DNA from: a bacterium
GTDB taxonomy: Bacteria > CLD3 > SB21
Assembly: GCA_013360215.1 (NCBI GenBank)
Contig: JABWCP010000005.1
Location: forward strand, 124,001-188,000
DNA: 64,000 nt
Direction of reading: 5' to 3'
Of this stretch, positions 20,445 to 30,684 are shown piece after piece (position 1 is the first letter of the stretch; each line of letters begins with the position of its first letter). Made by a program: the position numbers and the translations under genes. Under the pieces are notes generated by a model. The model made no database searches. It was not told the DNA's origin and saw only the letters and a list, made by a program, of their open reading frames with translations.

Positions 20445-21875
20445 ATGAGCGAAGAAAAAGAAATCAAAACTGAAGCGGCAGAACCCGTAGCGGAAACCGC
20501 TGAACCAAAAACCACACGCAAACACGACGGTGCGCGTACACCCAGAGATAAAAAAGCCGATTCGAAAGCCGGTTTACCGGCCGATGTCGAAGAAGAAGCT
20601 CCCGCACCCCGGGAAAAAACGTCGCTGAATCTGGCCAAACTCAAAGACCTCAAAATCTCGGAACTTAACGATATCGCCAAAGATCTCGGCATGCTGAGTT
20701 TTACCGGGATGAAAAAGCAGGATCTGATTTTTACGATCCTCGAAGAACAAACCAAACGCGACGGCTTTATTTTCAGCGAAGGCGTTTTGGAAATATTACC
20801 CGACGGCTATGGTTTCCTCCGTTCGCAAAACTATAACTACCTGCCAAGCCCGGATGATATCTACATCTCTCCGTCACAAATCAAAAAATTCGGCTTACGT
20901 ACCGGCGATGTGATCAGCGGGCAGATTCGCCCTCCAAAAGAAAGCGAACGTTTTTACGCACTCCTGCGTGTCGAAGCGGTCAACTTCGAAAACCCCGAAG
21001 AAGCCAAAAATAAAATTCTGTTTGATAACCTCACGCCGATCTACCCCAAAGAACGGCTTGAACTGGAAACAAAGAACGCCAATAATTATTCGATGCGCAT
21101 CATGAATCTGATGACGCCCATCGGTAAAGGCCAGCGCGGTCTGATCGTCGCCCCCCCTCGTACCGGTAAAACGATTCTTTTGAAGAATATCGCCAATAGC
21201 ATTACGGAAAATCATCCCGAAGTCAAAATGATCGTACTGCTGATAGACGAGCGCCCCGAAGAAGTGACCGATATGGAACGCTCCGTAAAAGCGGAAGTAT
21301 TAAGTTCCACCTTCGACGAACCACCCGAGCGCCACGTACAAGTGTCGGATATCGTTCTCGAAAAAGCCAAACGCATGGTCGAATGCGGACACGATGTTGT
21401 GATTCTTTTGGATTCGATCACGCGCCTTGCCCGTGCACATAATACGGTCGTACCGCATTCCGGTAAAATTCTTTCCGGTGGTGTGGATTCTAACGCCCTC
21501 CATCGCCCCAAACGCTTTTTCGGCGCGGCCCGTAAAGTCGAAGAAGGCGGCAGCTTGACGATCATCGCGACCGCTTTGATCGAAACCGGCTCGCGTATGG
21601 ATGATGTTATCTTTGAAGAATTCAAAGGTACGGGTAACATGGAAATCATCCTTGATCGCCGTTTGTCCGATCGCCGTGTCTATCCTGCGATGGACATCAA
21701 TCGCTCCGGTACCCGTAAAGAAGAACTTCTCCTTACGCAGTTTGAACAAAGCCGCGTATGGATTCTGCGTAAACTGATGAGTGATAAGACGCCGGTCGAA
21801 GCGATGGAATATTTGCTCGACAAAATGCGCGGCACACGCTCCAATAAGCATTTCCTGGAGTCCATGAACGGTTAA
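20445..21875 (+). CDS. rho: Transcription termination factor Rho
   Basis: [55 protein letters not shown]. Confidence 0.98.
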   Translation: MSEEKEIKTEAAEPVAETAEPKTTRKHDGARTPRDKKADSKAGLPADVEEEAPAPREKTSLNLAKLKDLKISELNDIAKDLGMLSFTGMKKQDLIFTILEEQTKRDGFIFSEGVLEILPDGYGFLRSQNYNYLPSPDDIYISPSQIKKFGLRTGDVISGQIRPPKESERFYALLRVEAVNFENPEEAKNKILFDNLTPIYPKERLELETKNANNYSMRIMNLMTPIGKGQRGLIVAPPRTGKTILLKNIANSITENHPEVKMIVLLIDERPEEVTDMERSVKAEVLSSTFDEPPERHVQVSDIVLEKAKRMVECGHDVVILLDSITRLARAHNTVVPHSGKILSGGVDSNALHRPKRFFGAARKVEEGGSLTIIATALIETGSRMDDVIFEEFKGTGNMEIILDRRLSDRRVYPAMDINRSGTRKEELLLTQFEQSRVWILRKLMSDKTPVEAMEYLLDKMRGTRSNKHFLESMNG

Positions 21876-21896
21876 TCGCATTTCGTCTTTAATTTT

Positions 21897-21932
21897 AAAA
21901 AGGGATGAGTCGCTCGGATTCATCCCTTTTTT
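21897..21932 (+). terminator. Intrinsic terminator after rho
   Basis: AAAAAGGGATGAGTC-GCTCG-GATTCATCCCTTTTTT. Confidence 0.8.
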
Positions 21933-22130
21933 ATTTTTTATATCCATTTTATTAACGCGCGTTTTTATACGTTTGTATGAAACGACATAAAATCGTCTCG
22001 CCGTACGTCCCACGATAGCCGATCAAAAATGCCTGTAATTTAAATTAAAAATCCGTAGCATTCGTCGGGGTTTTATTTTCATACGTTTTGAACGTCATGT
22101 TTTTTTGCTCTGCTTTTTCGGCAACTTTGC

Positions 22131-23387
22131 GTGCCAACAACTTATAATAAATCAAGAAAGCCGGTTATGAAGGACGCCGACACATCGCGCCACCTCCGTC
22201 ATATCACATTGGAAAGCCAGGGGCTGACGAAACCAGCGCCGTTTGGAAAAGGTAAAGCGGCTGTTCTCCGCGCTATGGAACACCTCGGGTACATCCAGAT
22301 TGACACGCTGTCCATCGTCGAACGCGCGCATCATCACACGCTATGGACGCGGATTCCGGATTATAAAACAGAATACTTAGACCAATTGATAGCCGAGCGC
22401 AAAGTGTTTGAATATTGGTTTCATGCCGCGTCCTATCTTCCCGTCAGAGATTTTCGTTTCGCGTTACCGCAGATGATGCGTTTTAAGCGCGGTCCGTCTC
22501 CGTACTATAATGCCGACCCCAAAGTGATGCAGTATGTGATGGATACGATTCGCACCGAAGGTCCCAAAAAAGCCAGGGATTTTGAAAACCGAAAAAAAAG
22601 ATCCGGAAGTTGGTGGAGCTGGAAACCTACCAAACTGGCATTGGAAAGGCTATTTATGCAAGGCGACCTGATGATCAGCGGACGGGACGGCATGCAAAAA
22701 ACGTACGATCTTCGCGAGCGCGTATTACCCGAAACTATGCATGCGACCGAACCGACATCGATGGAATGGGCCGAATATTTAGTTCGGACGTATCTCCGTG
22801 CATATGGATTTACTACGATCAAACAAATCACCCATCTTAAAACGGACGAACGCTTGCGAAAAAACGTGCAGGACATTTTACAATCCATGCTCACGGCGGA
22901 CGCTGTGCAGCGCGTAGATATCAAAGGCAGCCCGTCAGTATTTGTACTTTCGGAATGGGCCGAAAAAACATTCAAAAAAAACGGCCCCTCGATCCGGTTA
23001 TTATCGCCTTTTGATAATGCCATCATCCATCGCGACCGCGTCAAACATTTTTTTTATTTTGATTTTCGGATCGAATGCTACACGCCGCAGAAAAAAAGAC
23101 AATACGGCTATTTTTGTTTGCCTGTCTTATGGGGCGATACTTTTATCGGTCGCGTGGACTGCAAAGCGCACCGAAAAGATCAGCGGCTGGAATTGATCCA
23201 CCTGCATATCGAAAACACAGAACGGTCTTTTGAAATATGGGCGGAGGCTTTCATCGAATCCGTACGGCGTTTTGCTACGTTCAACGGCTGCTCCGCGATC
23301 GTACTGACCAAAGTAAGTCCGTCCCGCTACAAAAAAGCCTTAACGACGCTATTAAAAAATAAAAACTCGGGGGCACATGCCGTATGA
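22131..23387 (+). CDS. YcaQ/AlkZ-like winged-helix DNA glycosylase (HTH_42, crosslink repair)
   Basis: QID (QxD) catalytic motif, VERAHH, FEYWFHAAS, LLSPFD, R.YGYF.LP.L...IGRVD.K. Start may be ATG 22167. Confidence 0.88.
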   Translation: MPTTYNKSRKPVMKDADTSRHLRHITLESQGLTKPAPFGKGKAAVLRAMEHLGYIQIDTLSIVERAHHHTLWTRIPDYKTEYLDQLIAERKVFEYWFHAASYLPVRDFRFALPQMMRFKRGPSPYYNADPKVMQYVMDTIRTEGPKKARDFENRKKRSGSWWSWKPTKLALERLFMQGDLMISGRDGMQKTYDLRERVLPETMHATEPTSMEWAEYLVRTYLRAYGFTTIKQITHLKTDERLRKNVQDILQSMLTADAVQRVDIKGSPSVFVLSEWAEKTFKKNGPSIRLLSPFDNAIIHRDRVKHFFYFDFRIECYTPQKKRQYGYFCLPVLWGDTFIGRVDCKAHRKDQRLELIHLHIENTERSFEIWAEAFIESVRRFATFNGCSAIVLTKVSPSRYKKALTTLLKNKNSGAHAV

Positions 23388-23938
23388 GAAAAGTAATCGC
23401 TGCGATCAATATGACGCTGGACGGTTTCTGCGATCACACTGCCGGGATTGCCGACGACGCGCTTCATCAGCATTATACGGATATGCTCAGGCATGCGGGA
23501 ACGCTTTTATACGGACGGGTCACCTATCAACTGATGGAAAGTTTTTGGCCGAACGTGGTAAAAAATCCGACCGGCAATCCGGCTTATGACGAATTTGCCA
23601 CAGCCATAGAGGAAGTGCCCAAAGTTGTTTTTTCGAGGGCACTTAAAAATACCGCCTGGAAAAATGTACGCCTCGCGCAGCGCGACCTTGCGGAGGAAGT
23701 CTTAGCGCTCCGCCGGGAGACCGGCAAAGACATTTTCGTCGGCAGTCCGGGGCTGATCGCAGCCCTGACTGACCTGGGCTTGATTCAGGAATATCAACTC
23801 TGCATACACCCGGTCATCCTAGGGAAAGGTTTACCTCTGTTTAAACAGATCAGTGAAAAAAGAATACTCAAACTCACCAACACCAAAATATTCAGCTCCG
23901 GTTCCATCGTGTTGTATTATGGGGTGGGGAAAGAGTAA
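23384..23938 (+). CDS. Dihydrofolate reductase-like / RibD C-terminal domain protein
   Basis: MTLDGF, LLYGRVTY, KVVFSR, GLIQEY.L.IHPVILGKG.PLF. Overlaps the upstream stop (ATGA). Confidence 0.88.
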   Translation: MRKVIAAINMTLDGFCDHTAGIADDALHQHYTDMLRHAGTLLYGRVTYQLMESFWPNVVKNPTGNPAYDEFATAIEEVPKVVFSRALKNTAWKNVRLAQRDLAEEVLALRRETGKDIFVGSPGLIAALTDLGLIQEYQLCIHPVILGKGLPLFKQISEKRILKLTNTKIFSSGSIVLYYGVGKE

Positions 23939-24164
23939 ATATCATAAAATCACAATATTTTAGCTTCACATGCTGTTGCTCTGAAATGAAAATTCCGTTC
24001 CTCAAAAGCACTTTAAGAATACTTACTTGAAGTACATTAAATAAGATAATAGGATTTGTTCAAATATTATACCTCCGCTTCACAATAGATACTGCCAATC
24101 AAGATTTGATTAAATCTTCACTCCTTAAAAAAACCTCTAAACCGCCCCTTCTTATTCCCCCGTC

Positions 24165-24193
24165 TTGACAAATCCCCTGCGGTTATCTATCTT
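24165..24193 (+). promoter_or_regulatory. Putative sigma70 promoter for the Gld-like ABC operon
   Basis: TTGACA-17 nt-TATCTT. Confidence 0.55.
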
Positions 24194-24273
24194 TCCCGCG
24201 TTTTAGAAATACTCTTAGTATAGCTTATGTTTCTTAGTGTAGTATATGATTCATTAACCCAAACGGAGTTTCT

Positions 24274-25221
24274 ATGATTCGTGTCGAGAATCTCACCAAA
24301 GATTACGGCAGCGTGCGTGCGCTCAATAGCATCAGCTTTGAAGTGCAGGACGGCGAGATCCTCGGATTTCTGGGGCCCAATGGCGCCGGCAAATCCACGA
24401 CGCTCAAGATCATCACGTCGTATCTCGCGCCCACTTCAGGTAATGTCTTTATCAACGACCGCAACATCCTCGATCACAGCCTTGAGATACGCAAGCAGAT
24501 CGGGTACCTGCCGGAACTCAATCCCTTGTATTACGAAATGACCGTGTACGATTTTCTGAAATTCGTCGCGGCCGCCCGTCAGATCGAAAGCAGCGCTTTT
24601 ACCAAACGCCTCGGCGAAGTGATCGAACTCTGCGGCCTGCGCGGCGTCGTTCACAAAACCATCGCCGAACTCTCCAAAGGTTACAAACAGCGTGTCGGTT
24701 TGGCACAGGCGATCTTTCACGATCCCAAGATTCTGATCTTAGACGAACCGTCCACCGGACTCGACCCCAATCAGATCGTCGAAATCCGCGAACTGATCAA
24801 AAACCTCGGCAAGAAAAAAACCCTGATCATGTCCAGCCACATCTTGCAGGAAGTGCAAGCTACGGCCGACCGGATGGTCATCATCAATAAGGGTCAGATC
24901 GTCGCCAACGGCACCACCGCCGAACTGATGGCCGGCTTCAAAGGCAAGACCGTCGTCACGATGGAACTGCTCAACGCGCAGGAAGAGGCCGTACGCAAAC
25001 TGCAAGGCGCCGTGAGCGGTATCACCGTCACCCAAGTGACACAGGACAGCAATGCACTGATGGTCCGTCTCGAATATCCCAATCAGTCCGATCCACGCAA
25101 AGAGATCTTCGAATATGCCGTCCAACAGCAGTGGGCTATTCTGGAGATGAGCCGCCACAAAGTCAGCCTGGAAGATATTTTCCGGACACTCACCGTCGAA
25201 GGAGGCCAACCCCATGCCTAA
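24274..25221 (+). CDS. ABC transporter ATP-binding protein (GldA-like)
   Basis: GPNGAGKST, LSKGYKQRVGLAQA, ILDEP, SSHIL. Confidence 0.92.
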   Translation: MIRVENLTKDYGSVRALNSISFEVQDGEILGFLGPNGAGKSTTLKIITSYLAPTSGNVFINDRNILDHSLEIRKQIGYLPELNPLYYEMTVYDFLKFVAAARQIESSAFTKRLGEVIELCGLRGVVHKTIAELSKGYKQRVGLAQAIFHDPKILILDEPSTGLDPNQIVEIRELIKNLGKKKTLIMSSHILQEVQATADRMVIINKGQIVANGTTAELMAGFKGKTVVTMELLNAQEEAVRKLQGAVSGITVTQVTQDSNALMVRLEYPNQSDPRKEIFEYAVQQQWAILEMSRHKVSLEDIFRTLTVEGGQPHA

Positions 25222-25930
25222 TACACACATGATCTACCGCAAAGAGATGGCGGTGTTTTTTAACAGCCCCGTCGCCTATATCGTGCTCGCCGTATTTGCG
25301 GTGATGACCTCGATATTTTTTAGCAATACGTTTTTTCTAAATAACCAATCCGATCTGCGCCCGCTCTTTGAAGTCGTGCCGTGGGTGTTTATGTTCTTTG
25401 TGCCCGCGATCACGATGAGCCTTGTGGCCCGCGAACGCCAGTCGGGTACGCTGGAGTTTCTTGTCACCCTGCCGGTAACCGACAGCCAGATCATCATCGG
25501 AAAATTTTTGGCTGCATTTACGCTCGTAGCGACCGCGCTCGGATTTAGCCTCGTACATTTTTTTACACTGATCGCCGTCGGCAAACACGTGGATGTCGGC
25601 GCCGTATTGTGCGGATACTTCGGACTCCTGCTTGTCGGCGCGCTCTACTGTGCGATCGGTATTTTTTGCAGCACCGTGACCGATAACCAGATTTCAGCAT
25701 TCATACTCACGCTGCTGATCATCACGGTTTTCTTTTTCTTTTTCGGCAAAATGGTCACGTTCGTCCCGGCATTTCTCGCAGGACTTGTACAGTACATGAG
25801 CGTGGATCATCACCTCGAAGGTATCTCCCGCGGCGTGGTGGACTCCCGCAATCTGCTTTACTTCGGGTCGGGTATCGCGTTTTTCCTTTTGGTCAGCACC
25901 CGGCTCCTCGAAATGCGCAAGTGGCGTTGA
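25214..25930 (+). CDS. ABC-2 permease (GldF-like)
   Basis: FFNSPVAY, PAITM...ERQSGTLE.L.TLP, IIGKFLA, RGVVD. Confidence 0.9.
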   Translation: MPNTHMIYRKEMAVFFNSPVAYIVLAVFAVMTSIFFSNTFFLNNQSDLRPLFEVVPWVFMFFVPAITMSLVARERQSGTLEFLVTLPVTDSQIIIGKFLAAFTLVATALGFSLVHFFTLIAVGKHVDVGAVLCGYFGLLLVGALYCAIGIFCSTVTDNQISAFILTLLIITVFFFFFGKMVTFVPAFLAGLVQYMSVDHHLEGISRGVVDSRNLLYFGSGIAFFLLVSTRLLEMRKWR

Positions 25931-25961
25931 TTATTTACGAATGTATTAACGGATAAAACTT

Positions 25962-27518
25962 ATGCTCAAAATCACCAATAAAAGCACGTTCATCAACTAC
26001 GTCCTGCTCATCGCAGCGATCGTCGTGATGGCCAATATCGTGTCCCGCAATCTTTTCGTGCGATGGGATGCGACGGATAACAAACAGTATACCCTCTCCG
26101 AATCCAGCAAAGAAGTCATCGGCAAACTCAAAGACCCGATGCAGGTCAAAGTCTATTTTTCGGATAATCTGCCCGGCCCCTTAGCCAATACGCGCCGCTA
26201 TGTGCAGGATCTCCTGGAAGAATATCAGGCGTTTTCGGACGGCCAATTTGTTTTCGAATTTGTCAATCCGGATGCCGACGATAAAGCCAAAGAAAAAGCG
26301 CAGCAACTCGGGATCGGTCCCGTACCCGTGCAAGCCGTCGAAAACGATAAGATGGAAATGCGCAATGTCTATATGGGTATGGTACTGCTCTACGGCGATA
26401 AAAAAGAACCCATCCCCGTGATCCAGTCCACCGAAGGTCTGGAATACATGATCACGGCGACGATGAAAAAAATCGCCGCGACCAATCTGAAAAACGTCGG
26501 GATCATTTCTCCGGAAAATGAAGAAATCAGCACCCAAAATCTGAACCGCTTTTTGGATCAGCTGTACACCGTACGCAGCGTTTCCCTCGGCAGCGATATT
26601 CCCGCCGATATCCAGACCATCATCATGAATGGCGTTTCGGATTCCGTCAAATTAGACGATCTGTATCGTCTGGATCAGTTTTTGATGCGCGGCGGCAAAC
26701 TTTTTATCGGCCAAAGCAATGTCAAAGATTTTTTTCCGCAACCTTACGCTACGGACATTCGGTCTAACATATTTACATTCCTTGAGCACTACGGCGTCCG
26801 TATCGGCAAAGAAATGATCACCGATCAAAGTTGCAGCCAGATCCAGATGCAGTCGCAACAGGGCTTTTTTATGATGCGCACGGCCGTGGACTATCCGCCG
26901 TTTCCGATGATCCGAAACTTCAACACCTCGCATATCCTGACGCAAAAGATGACCGTCGCACGTTTGTTTTTTGTCAATGAGGTTTCCTCCGCCGAAGCCG
27001 CCGGAACGACGTTTACGCCGCTTATGTTTACGTCGGACAAAACCGGTATGCTGAACGGGCCCTTTTATCAGATCAATCCGACACAAAATCCGATGATGAA
27101 AGCATTTCCTTTCGGTACGAAAACCGTAGCGGCACTCGTCGAAGGAACGTTTAACAGCTTTTTCAAAGACAGTGCCCGGTATGCAAGCCGCGCGGGATTT
27201 ATCCCCGCCAATAATAACGGCCAAATCATCATTGTCACTGACAATCAGTTTTTCAACGATCGCCGCGCCGGCGGTGTGCAGGAAAACACGGATTTTATTC
27301 TCAATGCGGTGGATTATCTGAGCGGCGACAAAGAATTGATCGCTATCCGTTCACGCGACGTCTCGATGCGCCCGCTTGCGGAGATGACCGATTCGGAACG
27401 CCGCTCCTGGAAATGGATCAATATCCTCGCGCCCGGAGCGCTGGTTATCCTTTTTGGTTTGTATATGTGGCGCCGCAATCGCCAACAACGCAAAATGCTG
27501 GAGGATCGTTATGCTTAA
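25962..27518 (+). CDS. GldG-like ABC auxiliary component
   Basis: RWDATDNKQYTLS, LDQFLMRGG, N..FILNAVDYL.GD..LI.IRS, N- and C-terminal TM segments. Confidence 0.88.
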   Translation: MLKITNKSTFINYVLLIAAIVVMANIVSRNLFVRWDATDNKQYTLSESSKEVIGKLKDPMQVKVYFSDNLPGPLANTRRYVQDLLEEYQAFSDGQFVFEFVNPDADDKAKEKAQQLGIGPVPVQAVENDKMEMRNVYMGMVLLYGDKKEPIPVIQSTEGLEYMITATMKKIAATNLKNVGIISPENEEISTQNLNRFLDQLYTVRSVSLGSDIPADIQTIIMNGVSDSVKLDDLYRLDQFLMRGGKLFIGQSNVKDFFPQPYATDIRSNIFTFLEHYGVRIGKEMITDQSCSQIQMQSQQGFFMMRTAVDYPPFPMIRNFNTSHILTQKMTVARLFFVNEVSSAEAAGTTFTPLMFTSDKTGMLNGPFYQINPTQNPMMKAFPFGTKTVAALVEGTFNSFFKDSARYASRAGFIPANNNGQIIIVTDNQFFNDRRAGGVQENTDFILNAVDYLSGDKELIAIRSRDVSMRPLAEMTDSERRSWKWINILAPGALVILFGLYMWRRNRQQRKMLEDRYA

Positions 27519-28032
27519 TGCCAAACTCAAACCGTACGCGCCGTACATCGGCATTCTGCTGGTGCTGGGCATACTACTGATGTATTCGCAGATGCGCCAG
27601 CGTAAATATGAAGCCAAAATCGAAAAGGTATTCGATTTTGCCGCCACGGAAGTGACAGAATTTACCGTCAGCAAAAATGACGTCCAAGTCACCATCACTA
27701 AAGGCGATTCGTCATGGTTTTTTGCCGCGCCGGATACGGGTACGGCGGATGATTACCGGGTCAAACAATTTATCCGCGAAGTGCTCGGTGCCACGCGCGA
27801 AGATGCCGTGAGCGAAGATTCGATCAAGTATAATGAATACGGTGTCACCGAAAGTTCCGCCGTCAAACTCGAACTGCGTGCCAACGGAAAACAACTTTCC
27901 AAAGTATATCTCGGCCAATCCAAAAAAGATATCGGTCAGGAATACGTGCGCTATGCCGGCGATGATCGGGTGTATCCGCTGCGCGGACGCGTAATCAGCA
28001 GCCTCAGCGCCGCGGCTTCATGGTGGCGGTAA
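27511..28032 (+). CDS. DUF4340-like membrane-anchored protein
   Basis: N-terminal TM, EYGV, LG.....YVR....VY pattern; usual fourth gene of GldAFG-like operons. Start ATG 27511. Confidence 0.7.
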   Translation: MLNAKLKPYAPYIGILLVLGILLMYSQMRQRKYEAKIEKVFDFAATEVTEFTVSKNDVQVTITKGDSSWFFAAPDTGTADDYRVKQFIREVLGATREDAVSEDSIKYNEYGVTESSAVKLELRANGKQLSKVYLGQSKKDIGQEYVRYAGDDRVYPLRGRVISSLSAAASWWR

Positions 28033-28058
28033 GAGGAAATCAGATTTTCGTATATCTC

Positions 28059-28095
28059 AAAGCGGAGAAACCAATTTCTCCGCTTTTTTATTTTT
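28059..28095 (+). terminator. Intrinsic terminator
   Basis: AAAGCGGAGAAA-CCAA-TTTCTCCGCTTTTTT. Confidence 0.8.
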
Positions 28096-28150
28096 GCAGA
28101 ATAGAAAAACTTCGTAAGTTACACGGAGCGGACCCATCGGAGTTTTTCCC

Positions 28151-29788
28151 ATGATCAAACGGATATTCAAATATCTCGGTATTTTTTTTCTCTTAATCAT
28201 CGTCGCGATCGGATTGATCGTCGGGTATGTCTATGTCCGGCACGGTGGTTTTTTCAAATACCCGTCCGGCGGTGTCCTGTCGGCTCATCAAGCACGATAC
28301 GATGTCAAATCGTACGATATTACACTAGGCGTTGATCCTGAGGAGAAATTTATTCGCGGAACTACGACGATAAAAATCGAATCCCGCGCCGATGGATTGG
28401 ATACCATCCAACTGAATCTGATCGGGTTATACGACGTACTTCATGTCACAGGACCGGGCCAATTGCGCTTCACACAACAGGAAGACACGCTCTGGGTCAT
28501 CATGAACCAAAAACTTGATTCGGGCTCCTTAGTCGATATCGGCATTTCATATCACGGCACACCGCCCACCGCTTTGTATCCGCCGTGGCTTGGTGGTTTT
28601 AATTGGTCAAAGGATGAATCCGGTCACCATTGGGTTGGTCTTTCATGTCAGGGTGAAGGCGGTAAAATATGGTTTCCGTGCAAGGACCATCCTTCGGACG
28701 AACCTGATAGCGTAGCGCTACATATCACTGTTCCCCAACCTTATGTCGTCGCCGCCAACGGCATTTTGAAAAAAATCACTACCACATCGCACGGAATGCA
28801 TACGTATCATTGGGTGACGCGCTACCCCATCAATAATTACGACATCAATCTGAGCATCGGGCGATACGACATCGTAGAGCGTTCGTATGCTGCGGCGTCC
28901 GGACAGACGATGCCCGTCCAGTTTTATGTGTTGCCTCAGGATCGTGCGAAAGCGGATACTTTGATTGACATGGCTGTTGATATGCTGAGCACTTACCGGT
29001 TGTATTTCGGCGAATATCCGTTTCTGTCGGAAAAATTTGGTTTAGTACAAACCGATTACCTCGGGATGGAACATCAGACGATCAATGCATACGGCAATAA
29101 TTTCGAATACCGGGAATTTGCCGGACACCGATGGGATGAACTCATGTTGCACGAAATGGGGCATGAATGGTGGGGTAATAAAGTAACTGTCAACGATTGG
29201 GCTGACTTTTGGATTCACGAGGGGATTTGTTCCTACGGTGAAGCCTTGTATCAACTGTCCAAAACCGGAGAAGCAGGTTATCACAATCACATGTCGCGGT
29301 TGAGCAAACGGATTCGCAATAAAAAACCCCTCGTTGTTCATCCCAATGCGACCACGTCCGAAGCATATAACGACGACATCTACTCCAAAGGCGCCTATCT
29401 TATGCATTCGCTGCGTTTTATGCTCGGGGATTCAGTGTTTTTTAAAAAACTATACCGCTTTGCCAACGATAGCGCTTACACCTATCAAAACCGTGTCAAT
29501 ACCAACGACTTTGTCCGGCTTTGGGCAGACGTAGAAGATGGCAACACGACATTATTCATTCGCGAATTTATCTACACTACCAATCTTCCGGAAATTACGA
29601 TGGATTCGACAGCGGCCGGCACGTATGTCATACGAAGCCGAAACCCGAAGTATGCGTTGCCTCTCGAAATACAAACAAGCCGCGGACTAGAGCGTATCAC
29701 AGTTCACGCCGAGGGAACGAGCATTCAAAGCGCCACGACACCGGTAGTGGATCCGAGACGGTGGTATTTACTTAAAAGTGAAAAGTGA
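28151..29788 (+). CDS. M1 family zinc aminopeptidase (intact active site)
   Basis: WFPCKDHP, GMEHQT, HEMGHEWWGN-(x)-WIHEG, IYSKGA; N-terminal anchor. Confidence 0.92.
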   Translation: MIKRIFKYLGIFFLLIIVAIGLIVGYVYVRHGGFFKYPSGGVLSAHQARYDVKSYDITLGVDPEEKFIRGTTTIKIESRADGLDTIQLNLIGLYDVLHVTGPGQLRFTQQEDTLWVIMNQKLDSGSLVDIGISYHGTPPTALYPPWLGGFNWSKDESGHHWVGLSCQGEGGKIWFPCKDHPSDEPDSVALHITVPQPYVVAANGILKKITTTSHGMHTYHWVTRYPINNYDINLSIGRYDIVERSYAAASGQTMPVQFYVLPQDRAKADTLIDMAVDMLSTYRLYFGEYPFLSEKFGLVQTDYLGMEHQTINAYGNNFEYREFAGHRWDELMLHEMGHEWWGNKVTVNDWADFWIHEGICSYGEALYQLSKTGEAGYHNHMSRLSKRIRNKKPLVVHPNATTSEAYNDDIYSKGAYLMHSLRFMLGDSVFFKKLYRFANDSAYTYQNRVNTNDFVRLWADVEDGNTTLFIREFIYTTNLPEITMDSTAAGTYVIRSRNPKYALPLEIQTSRGLERITVHAEGTSIQSATTPVVDPRRWYLLKSEK

Positions 29789-29868
29789 TCGTCGGATTAT
29801 AGATCTAAGAAGGACGAACAAAGAATTTGTCGTTTCTTGAATTGCTTTAGTTCAAAAGATGAAGCTCA

Positions 29869-29935
29869 GAAAGCCGTTAGGCTTTCAAATTTGGTAATGC
29901 CTCAACAAAGGAAAGATGAAACCCGTAGGGTTTCA
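29869..29935 (+). repeat. REP-like hairpin doublet at the 3' side of tnpA
   Basis: GAAAGCC-GTTA-GGCTTTC (29869-29886) and TGAAACCC-GTA-GGGTTTCA (29917-29935). Confidence 0.7.
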
Positions 29936-30403
29936 ATACTCTTCCATAACATTAGAAAAGACATAACGCTCATCGTAGTTAATCTCATACCGCTTAAGCA
30001 ACGCGACGTATTCTTCGCGGAATGTTTGTTTTTTGTGATGCTGTTCTTGATTCTCAATATAGCGACAGACGGTATTTAATTGCGACTTGGCATAGGAAAA
30101 CGCACCATACCCTTCCTGCCAAGAAAACCGGCCCTTGATCCAACCTTTTTCGTTTATGAAATTGGTCGAACATCGTTTGACCTCTTTGACTAGAGCCGAT
30201 AAAGCTTCGTGGGGATCGTATCCTATCAGAAAATGAACATGATCCGGCATGCCATTGATCGCAAGGAGTTTATGGCCTTTGTTTTGAATAATGCCGGTCA
30301 TGTATTTATACAGCTCAATCTTATGATTATCCGGTATCAAACTCATTCGACCTCTGACGACCGAAACGATGTGGATGTAAAGTTGGGTGTAGGTGTTAGC
30401 CAT
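29933..30403 (-). mobile_element. tnpA: IS200/IS605-family Y1 (HUH) transposase, solo TnpA / RAYT-like, no tnpB
   Basis: HIV, MPDHVH (HUH), WQEGYGAFS, YIENQ (catalytic Tyr). Confidence 0.92.
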
Positions 30404-30418
30404 AGTTTTCCTCTAATT

Positions 30419-30487
30419 CATTCCCTACAGGAATGCCACGCTTTCTATCAGTTCATAGTTAACCATTTTTATTCCCTAACGGGAATA
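30419..30487 (-). repeat. REP-like hairpin doublet at the 5' side of tnpA, inverted relative to the left doublet
   Basis: Minus strand TATTCCC-GTTA-GGGAATA (30470-30487), then CATTCCTGTAGGGAATG (30419-30435). Confidence 0.7.
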
Positions 30488-30684
30488 CAATCTGATCAAT
30501 AGCTCCTGAGACATAGAGAGCGTTGCCAGAACTTACAAAGCGACTAATAGAAAAAATAAGTAACGATTTAAAAAAATATAGATCAGGGAAAATTTGCATT
30601 CAAGCGTTAGCAATATTTACTGAATAGCGAAAACAACAAAACCTGTGAATAACTAAAAACACCACTAGGCATACGATGTTTCAT

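Noticed and set aside
23939-24164. AT-rich spacer as a pseudogene or sRNA
   Set aside because: No convincing reading frame, homology pattern or stable structure was seen.
29789-30684. IS605-type element with tnpB or an omega-RNA
   Set aside because: There is no room and no RuvC-like ORF on either side of tnpA.
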